Below, piece by piece: positions 1 through 6,479 of a DNA stretch of 27,627 bases (the stretch's first letter is position 1; each line of letters opens with the position of its first letter). Made by a program: the position numbers and the translations under genes. The notes beneath the pieces are model-generated. The model was not told the DNA's origin. It ran no database searches and worked only from the letters and a program-made list of their open reading frames with translations. The DNA is taken from the IMG/VR virus record IMGVR_UViG_2531839130_000010; one strand, 5' to 3'. The stretch comes from a virus. Taxonomy: Duplodnaviria; Heunggongvirae; Uroviricota; Caudoviricetes.

Positions 1-228
1 TTAGCCTTTTTTATTTTGATTTTTAGATTGTTCAATGTGATAATTTAATACTTCTCTCTTTGCCTCTTCATAGGTTAGCTCTCCATTGATTACCTTAGTT
101 TTTATTTCATTAAAAAATGAGGAGCCTTTGGGATCTTTACTTGATAAAAAAAGACTGGCTTCAGCTCTCCGAAAAGCTTCTTTCCTTGCTTCTATAGAAA
201 ATGAATTAGCAGGGTTATTTTTGTTCAT
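1..228 (-). CDS. Small hypothetical protein (75 aa); weak resemblance to YhfG/VbhA-type small antitoxins
   Basis: ORF track, complete with stop at 1-3. Charged helical sequence with a ..AEASL...INGELTYEEAKREVLNYH pattern loosely like Fic-antitoxin family, but the S-x-x-x-E-G inhibitory motif is not evident. Speculative. Confidence 0.3.
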   Translation of the reverse strand: MNKNNPANSFSIEARKEAFRRAEASLFLSSKDPKGSSFFNEIKTKVINGELTYEEAKREVLNYHIEQSKNQNKKG

Positions 229-1105
229 AAGTTGAAGTGCCTTTATTATTTATATTCAAGATGTTTTTATCTACAAGAGTTAGTCTTAACTCCGAGAATT
301 TATTTCCTGATATTTTATAACACTGATTTTCATTTTTTTCAATATAAAGAGATTTGCTTTCTGAGCTACCACATGTCGTAGATGTTCTTGCATCGAGAAA
401 AATAAACTTTTCTTGAAATCTTTCAATGTATTTCATTGCTGTCATGCTAATAATAAAAAGAGCAACTGACACAGCAAAAAGGGATAAGCCTGATACTAAA
501 CGATTAAAATTAAATTTCCTTTTAATAACTAATGAACTAGCTAAATTGACCATGTTATAGGGGACCATAATTATAAGTCCTATTAATATTATTTTTTCAG
601 GAAGATTGTTCACCTGTATATGATGTTGAGCCAAGCTTCCAATATATACTGAAATCATAGAGGATATTACTATTTTTGCTGGGGATACATCTCGCAAAAA
701 TATGTATATATAGACTGTAATTGCACAAATCATTGCCCCTATTGGAAATGAGAGCATGAAAGCATAAGCTAATGTCGAGTAATTAAGGTTTTCTGGGACT
801 ATACCATAAGCTATGTCAAGCTTAAACTTTGCGATCCATAAGCATACGGAATATGTAAAGCCAGTTACGCCCCATTTAACTACTGCATTATTAAATACTT
901 TATTTAATAAATCACGATATCCTATGTATACACTGGTTAATAAAGCTATAGATGATAGGAAAATTGGAGCGGCAATGTATATATTTTCTAGCCATAATGG
1001 GTTTTCTACAATCAAGTATCCAAAAGGTATTAAGTATATTATAGCCAATAGTTGAGGGTTGTTTAATTTTGGTGATGCATCAACTAACTTATTTTTATAA
1101 TCCAT
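215..1105 (-). CDS. Polytopic membrane protein of unknown function (296 aa)
   Basis: ORF track; several long hydrophobic segments (about 6 predicted TM helices by eye) and a polar C-terminal tail; AT-rich codon usage typical of island cargo. Confidence 0.5.
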   Translation of the reverse strand: MDYKNKLVDASPKLNNPQLLAIIYLIPFGYLIVENPLWLENIYIAAPIFLSSIALLTSVYIGYRDLLNKVFNNAVVKWGVTGFTYSVCLWIAKFKLDIAYGIVPENLNYSTLAYAFMLSFPIGAMICAITVYIYIFLRDVSPAKIVISSMISVYIGSLAQHHIQVNNLPEKIILIGLIIMVPYNMVNLASSLVIKRKFNFNRLVSGLSLFAVSVALFIISMTAMKYIERFQEKFIFLDARTSTTCGSSESKSLYIEKNENQCYKISGNKFSELRLTLVDKNILNINNKGTSTYEQK

Positions 1106-1114
1106 ACAACGTCC

Positions 1115-2188
1115 TTATTTCAACTTTAACGCCAAATCTTCAGCTTTTGGATGATAATACCGCATTAGCATTCTTGGATCTTTATGTCCTGTAATTTTGG
1201 TTAGTTCATGCATAGGGAAAATTTCAGCAAGTCGAGAAGTTGCTTCATGTCGAAGGTCATGAAATCTTAAATCTTTAAGGAAAGATTCATCACATAATGA
1301 GTTTGTTTTCTCGTATCGTTCTCTGGCTCGTTTTACAGCTCGGTCAAAAGCTCGGGTAATCGCGTCTGCACGCATATCAAAAACCTTATCAGCAGCTGGC
1401 TTAGAATGTTCCTTGAGACTGGACAGTATCGTAATGGCTTTCGTTGATAAAGGGACATCGCGGGCATTACCATTCTTAGTATCCGGCAGATGTGCAACTC
1501 GCCGATCAAGATCGATAAAGCGCCATCGAAGCTCTGCGATTTCGCTACGGCGCATGGCTGTCTCTAACGCCAGAAGAATGATTGCTGGCAATACTAATGA
1601 ATGTGTTGCGGCGATGATATGTTCGATCTCGTTGGCTATTTGCTTTCCTGACGTAACACCGGTTTTCTCAGAAACTACAGGCAGCGCTTCTAGGCGTCTG
1701 GTCCTGGAGTTCTTGGGTTGGGGTTTGCGAATGGCCTCTACGGGGTTCAGCAGGCTCTCCATGCCCCATTCTTTCCGCGAAACATTGAATACATGAGAAA
1801 GTAAGGCCAAACGCCTTAAAACGGTTGCAGGAGCATAGATTTTCAACCATTCATCTCTCAGCTTGGCGACATCGGCACTCCTGATGCTGGCCATATAGTT
1901 TTTCGCCAGCTGAGTGCCTTTTAGTATCCGCACCAATGATCGGTCTTGCACTGCCCCTTTTTTGTCGGGAACAATCTCTTTTTCATATCGCGTTAGGGCT
2001 TCATACAATGTCGTAGATTCCGCTTCGCTGCGGCTAAGCCAAACTCCTCTCGCCATTTCTGACTCGATCATTTTGGCCCAAGCTTCTGCTTCTACTTTGG
2101 TGTTAAAGGTTTTGGTTTGAGAGGGAAAACCACGTTTACGGATTTGAGCTTCCCATTGGTAGTTACCACGTTTGCGTATAGTCGCCAT
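1115..2188 (-). CDS. Tyrosine recombinase / phage-type integrase (about 357 aa from the ATG at 2188)
   Basis: C-terminal catalytic motifs FHDLRHEATS (HxxR) and LMRYYHP (catalytic Tyr); N-terminal arm-binding-like MATIRKRGNYQWEAQIRKRG. The track start at 2218 is a TTG; the ATG at 2188 is more plausible. Confidence 0.85.
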   Translation of the reverse strand: MATIRKRGNYQWEAQIRKRGFPSQTKTFNTKVEAEAWAKMIESEMARGVWLSRSEAESTTLYEALTRYEKEIVPDKKGAVQDRSLVRILKGTQLAKNYMASIRSADVAKLRDEWLKIYAPATVLRRLALLSHVFNVSRKEWGMESLLNPVEAIRKPQPKNSRTRRLEALPVVSEKTGVTSGKQIANEIEHIIAATHSLVLPAIILLALETAMRRSEIAELRWRFIDLDRRVAHLPDTKNGNARDVPLSTKAITILSSLKEHSKPAADKVFDMRADAITRAFDRAVKRARERYEKTNSLCDESFLKDLRFHDLRHEATSRLAEIFPMHELTKITGHKDPRMLMRYYHPKAEDLALKLK

Positions 2189-2276
2189 TTCTGTCTGATT
2201 CCTAACGAACTGTGGCAATATTGTGGCAAAAAATCCATTTAAATTCGATAGGTATTGATTTTACAAGATCAATTTA

Positions 2277-2325
2277 CGCATTCGTAATGCGAAGGTCGTA
2301 GGTTCGACTCCTATTATCGGCACCA
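2277..2325 (+). tRNA. 3' fragment (about 49 nt) of a tRNA-Thr(CGU) gene (thrW-like); pseudo-tRNA / att site
   Basis: Readable anticodon stem-loop cgca-TTCGTAA-tgcg (anticodon CGT), T-arm gtagg-TTCGACT-cctat, acceptor 3' strand tatcggc + A + CCA ending at 2325. No complementary 5' acceptor strand (gccgata) upstream, so it is a 3' fragment, not a complete gene. Confidence 0.7.
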
Positions 2326-2328
2326 TCA
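2302..2328 (+). repeat. attL core of the P4-like element: 27-bp direct repeat gttcgactcctattatcggcaccatca (tRNA-Thr 3' end)
   Basis: Exact 27-bp identity with 15192-15218; flanks differ on both sides. Confidence 0.8.
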
Positions 2329-2489
2329 CCTAGTTTTCCCAAGTCAACCCACATCAACAAAATCATTTAAAAACATATATATTACGTTGTTTTCATACGT
2401 TTGAGGTCAACCCTTGTCTCTTGAAATCAACACGCGGTTGGGGGCACAATCAGGGGCATGTTCTGTTCGGTCTAGGAAATGTGCCCCCA

Positions 2490-3680
2490 ATGATGCTGAA
2501 TGCCCGCAAGGTTGAAGCTGCGAAAGGAAAAGAGAAGAGCTACAAGCTGTTTGATGGAGGTGGCCTATACCTTCAGGTCGAACCTAATGGCTCGCGTTAC
2601 TGGCGTATGAAATACCGTTTTGCTGGTAAAGAGAAACGATTGTCCTTTGGTGTTTATCCAACAGTCACACTTGCTGATGCCAGACAAAAACGAGAATACG
2701 CGAAGAAACTACTCGCAGCAGGTGAAGATCCCGGCGAAGTCAAAAAAGCCAAAAAGCAGGCTTTAAATGCAGCGAGTGAGACACTTAACCCATTCAGAGA
2801 AGTGGCGTTAGAGTGGCACAAAATGAAATCACCCAAATGGTCTGAGGGCTATGCTTCCGACATCATTGAGGCATTCGAGAAAGACATTTTCCCGCATATT
2901 GGGCACAGACCTATAGCTGATATTCAGCCCCTTGAACTGCTTGAAGTTCTGAGGTTGATAGAAGCTCGAGGCGCTATGGAGAAAGCGAAGAAAGTCCGTC
3001 AGCGATGCGGTGAAGTTTTTCGCTATGCCATCGTAACGGGTAGGGCAATCTACAATCCGGCACCGGATCTTGCCAGTGCGATGCAAGGACATGAAGCAGT
3101 CCACTATCCATTCCTCAAAGCCAACGAACTACCGGAGTTCTTTAATGCCCTTAATTCTTATTCAGGAAGTCCAATTGTATTGTTGGGGGCGCATTTACTT
3201 ATCCTGACAGGTCTACGAACTGGAGAACTACGAGCAGGTGAGTGGCGAGAGGTGGATTTTGATAATGCGGTGTGGGAGATCCCAAAAGAACGTATGAAAA
3301 TGCGTAGGAGCCATATTGTCCCGTTGTCAAAACAAGCATTATCCCATCTCAAAAGTTTGAAAGAACTAACTGGGAACTACCCGCTGATGTTCCCTGGACG
3401 CAACGATCCCAGCAAATTTATGAGTGAAGCAAGCATTAATCAGGTGTTTAAACGTATTGGATATGCAGGGCGTGTTACGGGGCATGGTTTCAGGCATACG
3501 ATGAGTACAATCCTACATGAGAAAGGATTTAACAGCGCTTGGATTGAAACCCAGCTTGCTCATTCGGACAAAAACTCTATTCGTGGAATTTATAACCATG
3601 CCCAATATCTCGAAGGGAGAAGAGAAATGATGCAATGGTATGCTAATTATTTATCTGAGCAAATTGGTACTCATAAATGA
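2490..3680 (+). CDS. int: P4-type tyrosine integrase (about 396 aa from the ATG at 2490)
   Basis: N-terminal P4-integrase signature KVEAAKGKEKSYKLFDGGGLYLQVEPNGSRYWRMKYRFAGKEKRL; catalytic HGFRHTMST (HxxR) and C-terminal Tyr region. Track start 2421 is a TTG. Confidence 0.9.
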   Translation: MMLNARKVEAAKGKEKSYKLFDGGGLYLQVEPNGSRYWRMKYRFAGKEKRLSFGVYPTVTLADARQKREYAKKLLAAGEDPGEVKKAKKQALNAASETLNPFREVALEWHKMKSPKWSEGYASDIIEAFEKDIFPHIGHRPIADIQPLELLEVLRLIEARGAMEKAKKVRQRCGEVFRYAIVTGRAIYNPAPDLASAMQGHEAVHYPFLKANELPEFFNALNSYSGSPIVLLGAHLLILTGLRTGELRAGEWREVDFDNAVWEIPKERMKMRRSHIVPLSKQALSHLKSLKELTGNYPLMFPGRNDPSKFMSEASINQVFKRIGYAGRVTGHGFRHTMSTILHEKGFNSAWIETQLAHSDKNSIRGIYNHAQYLEGRREMMQWYANYLSEQIGTHK

Positions 3681-4501
3681 ATATTTTAAAAATTAATAAT
3701 ACTGATTCTCTGCTCAGAGATTACTACCAGTTGGATGAAGCTTCAGAAAAAATTGGTTGTAGTGAAAAGGATATACTCTGGTTTGCCAGAGAACGAGATG
3801 TAGAGCTATGCATGGAATTCCATGATGATGAGTATGATGTTTCATGTGGTTTGAAGATTGATGGTCAAATAGATGAGTTCTTATCTAATCTGAAATATTT
3901 ACCACGAGATAGAAATGGCAATATTATGTTGTCAGACTTAAGTTCTATAAGAATCCCTGATGAAGATAATTTAATTGATAAAAATGGTTTTATTCGATGC
4001 TTCATATCCGGTTTATGGGCTGTTGATTATGAATATAAAGATCTGTTAGTTAAGCATGAGGGGCAACCGGATTCCTGGCCTATTCATTTTCTACTGGCGG
4101 GTACGCCTAATATAAATTGTAAGGTAATTCTTTATGTAAATTATGATGAAAAAGAAAATTATTATCTTTTTGAGGTTTTGTGGATTACAAAGGTACAGAT
4201 TCAAAAATTCATTGATATAGTCTTATGCGAACAAAAGCGGATAAAAAACGCCAATAAATATAAATCACAATCTGAGGCGCAAAAACAAAAACATGCTGTT
4301 CCTCGAGCTGAAATACTCATGGCTATTATTTCGCTCTATCATCGTGATATGAGGCTAAGAAGAGAGAGTCCAGCAGCGATAGCTGATTATCTTTTTCAAC
4401 ATGCCAGTGAGTTCTGGCCTAAGACCGGAGAACCGCCTTTGAGCTATGATACTGTTGTTAGTTTGCTACGTAGTTGCATGAAAAACATTAAGTTTAACTA
4501 A
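3677..4501 (+). CDS. Hypothetical protein (274 aa), AT-rich orphan cargo gene between int and alpA
   Basis: ORF track; ATG overlaps the int stop (ATGA); composition visibly more AT-rich than the flanking P4-like backbone; no motif I can recognise. Confidence 0.5.
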   Translation: MNILKINNTDSLLRDYYQLDEASEKIGCSEKDILWFARERDVELCMEFHDDEYDVSCGLKIDGQIDEFLSNLKYLPRDRNGNIMLSDLSSIRIPDEDNLIDKNGFIRCFISGLWAVDYEYKDLLVKHEGQPDSWPIHFLLAGTPNINCKVILYVNYDEKENYYLFEVLWITKVQIQKFIDIVLCEQKRIKNANKYKSQSEAQKQKHAVPRAEILMAIISLYHRDMRLRRESPAAIADYLFQHASEFWPKTGEPPLSYDTVVSLLRSCMKNIKFN

Positions 4502-4626
4502 ATATTAACAATTGTTGTGGCTAATGATTTTGAATTTTTTTCATTAGTCACATTTTTCTCATTTATAACCTATGTTTTAATTTTCCGTGTTGAAGCCAAT
4601 AGACTTAGATAAACGGAGAATGATGA

Positions 4627-4917
4627 ATGTTATCTAAACATGATAATACTACTTTGCAACGACCTTCAATGGATTCTCTGATCGATATGAAGTTTATTAC
4701 TTCCAATTGTTTATTAAGTGATAAATGGATTTATCGATTGATTTCTCTGAATCGCTTTCCAAAACCTATAAAAATAGGTCGGATGTCACGATGGCGCGCT
4801 GCTGATTATTATAAGTGGCGAGATGGGTTTGAAGAAAACTCAGGTCAACAGTTTGAGGGGATGAGAAATAAGGCAAGAGCAATTAATAAAGGGAATAGAT
4901 TATCACCTACTCCCTAA
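4627..4917 (+). CDS. alpA: AlpA-family phage transcriptional regulator / excisionase-like protein
   Basis: Core LLSDKWIYRLISLNRFPKPIKIGRMSRWRAADYYKWRD resembles AlpA-type HTH (RFPKP motif, conserved W after HTH); GGAG RBS 8 nt upstream of the ATG. Confidence 0.7.
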   Translation: MLSKHDNTTLQRPSMDSLIDMKFITSNCLLSDKWIYRLISLNRFPKPIKIGRMSRWRAADYYKWRDGFEENSGQQFEGMRNKARAINKGNRLSPTP

Positions 4918-4949
4918 GCCTTAATTGATAGTTAGTAATATTTAACTGA

Positions 4950-5123
4950 TTAGCCTTTAGGGTCAATCCCGCGTGATTGGAGTTCTTTGCGTAAAATTCT
5001 TTTAATCCAAGTTGCCAACGCGCTATCTCCATCTTTGCGCATTTCGTTTTCGAGTTGCAACCTAAAATCGTCGGTAAGACGCATTTGGAATGGTGGAGAA
5101 CGTTTCTCTTGTGGTGTTGACAT
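4950..5123 (-). CDS. Small ribbon-helix-helix (Arc/MetJ-like) DNA-binding protein, 57 aa (below ORF-track cutoff)
   Basis: Manual translation of minus strand: MSTPQEKRSPPFQMRLTDDFRLQLENEMRKDGDSALATWIKRILRKELQSRGIDPKG; beta-strand then two helices typical of RHH. The overlapping plus-strand ORF 4987-5187 looks non-protein-like. Confidence 0.5.
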   Translation of the reverse strand: MSTPQEKRSPPFQMRLTDDFRLQLENEMRKDGDSALATWIKRILRKELQSRGIDPKG

Positions 5124-5163
5124 GGTAATTACCCTAGAATATGATGACTACATGGTAATTACC
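5117..5163 (+). promoter_or_regulatory. Candidate sigma70 promoter (TTGACA-17 bp-TATGAT) with two copies of the palindrome GGTAATTACC (operator-like)
   Basis: TTGACA 5117-5122, TATGAT 5140-5145; 15-mer direct repeat (g/t)ACATGGTAATTACC at 5119-5133 and 5149-5163, each containing the perfect 10-bp palindrome GGTAATTACC, 30 bp apart; overlaps the start of the RHH gene. Confidence 0.45.
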
Positions 5164-5254
5164 ATTGTAAGTATAGTTCGCTTGTAAAAGCAATGCCCGA
5201 TTGTGCGGGAACACAAATCGGGCATTTAACCAACCGTTATAAGAGGTAACGAAG

Positions 5255-5431
5255 ATGGCTAAACAGAAGTGTACCTGGTTATTTGCGGCGATCAACCGCA
5301 GTCAACGCAATGCCCGTCCTGTGATGTTAAGGATCACCGCAGATAACGAGCGGTCAGCGCGGCGCAGACTTGCCCCGGACTATGTACTGAGCTTTGCCGG
5401 GCGCATTCCCTGCGGAGGTGAACATGCGTAA
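5255..5431 (+). CDS. Small protein (58 aa), possibly Icd/Ash-like P4-family protein
   Basis: Manual translation MAKQKCTWLFAAINRSQRNARPVMLRITADNERSARRRLAPDYVLSFAGRIPCGGEHA; AAGAGG RBS upstream. Family assignment is from memory only. Confidence 0.45.
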   Translation: MAKQKCTWLFAAINRSQRNARPVMLRITADNERSARRRLAPDYVLSFAGRIPCGGEHA

Positions 5432-5783
5432 TTATCCGCATCCCGGCGAACGCTGGCAGCATGAACGTGGCTGGACGGTCACGATTATCCGATTAATAGA
5501 AGCCTCGCCCTCTGTGGCGCTGGTTAATCCTGAATTCAGCTGTGAAGTGCTGATACGTCATGACAGCGACAACCAGCTTTCTTCCTGCCCTCTGGCATGG
5601 TTTGAACAGCGATATACGCGCCTGTTTGATGTACCACTCTTTAAGCCTGCACCAGCTCCTGCAGGCGGTAGTGGTTCCGGCCCGCTGACACTGCATCCGT
5701 CTGTGCTATTTATCCGCTGGCGGGAGCGTAGCATATGGCGTTCTGCTGAGCCTGATGACGGTCACTATTCAAAGTTTCTCTGA
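5424..5783 (+). CDS. Hypothetical P4-like protein (about 119 aa from the ATG at 5424)
   Basis: ORF track (5394 start is a TTG); ATG at 5424 has a GGAGGTG RBS and overlaps the upstream stop (ATGCGTAA), suggesting translational coupling. Confidence 0.5.
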   Translation: MRNYPHPGERWQHERGWTVTIIRLIEASPSVALVNPEFSCEVLIRHDSDNQLSSCPLAWFEQRYTRLFDVPLFKPAPAPAGGSGSGPLTLHPSVLFIRWRERSIWRSAEPDDGHYSKFL

Positions 5784-5814
5784 CACAATACCGCTGAAAA
5801 CGGAGTAATCCACG

Positions 5815-6099
5815 ATGAATATTTCAAACGGGCACAACGGTGCTCAGGGCCACACTTTGCCTGAAAAACACAATACCGGTGTTTTTGCCTATGGGTTGTC
5901 AGAGGACAGTTTCGGAAAGCTGACCCGCGCAAGAAATGCCTGCGACATGCTCCAGCTTCTCTTTTCTGAATACCCGTCTCAGGCCGGAGCACTGGACACT
6001 GGCTGTGCGCATGGTGTCGCCGCGCTGATGGAGTACCTGCTGGCAGATTTGACGGATATTGCACACAGCTGCGCACTGATTGAAGGAGGTGCCAGATGA
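5815..6099 (+). CDS. Hypothetical protein (94 aa)
   Basis: ORF track; GGAG RBS; stop overlaps next start. Confidence 0.5.
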   Translation: MNISNGHNGAQGHTLPEKHNTGVFAYGLSEDSFGKLTRARNACDMLQLLFSEYPSQAGALDTGCAHGVAALMEYLLADLTDIAHSCALIEGGAR

Positions 6100-6479
6100 A
6101 CCAGCCGCAGGTTTCCATTTTCCCGGCAGAAATGACCACCGCGCTTTACCGGCGGGCTATTGCTTCAGCATGGCGGCAGAAAATGCTGAACGAAACTGGC
6201 AGTGATCAGTATGGTCCGCACAGCCTGACGGTGGAGCGTATTGAAATGGCCATTGCGCTGCATATCGAGTGCGTACTGATTAACGAGTACGGCGAAGCAC
6301 AGGGCGCCGCTGCCGCGCTGGCACTGCTGACTGACATGCTGGAGCCGTCACTGCTGACCGCGCCGCCGGTACTGACCGCGCGCGGCTGTGAAGTGATGGC
6401 GGAGATGTACCGCACGCTTCCGGCGGCCTTTGATGACTTCTGCAGTACCGGTGTGACGTTGTATCAGGGGGAAGTATGA
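6096..6479 (+). CDS. Hypothetical protein (127 aa)
   Basis: ORF track; AGGAGG RBS; ATGA overlaps with neighbours on both sides (operon). Confidence 0.5.
   Translation: MNQPQVSIFPAEMTTALYRRAIASAWRQKMLNETGSDQYGPHSLTVERIEMAIALHIECVLINEYGEAQGAAAALALLTDMLEPSLLTAPPVLTARGCEVMAEMYRTLPAAFDDFCSTGVTLYQGEV

Noticed and set aside
2250-2330. Possible complete tRNA gene
   Set aside because: Only the anticodon arm, T-arm and 3' acceptor strand are present; the sequence upstream of 2277 cannot form the 5' acceptor strand or D-arm, so this is a 3' fragment serving as an att site.
813-3352. Short antisense ORFs inside the membrane-protein and both integrase genes (813-1055, 1413-1796, 1668-1850, 1914-2120, 2654-2836, 2829-3104, 3158-3352)
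   Set aside because: Embedded in and opposite to genes with clear motifs; no independent support.
4987-5187. Plus-strand ORF of 66 aa
   Set aside because: Low-complexity, non-protein-like translation; the minus strand in the same interval encodes a convincing RHH protein and the plus strand carries promoter/operator sequence.
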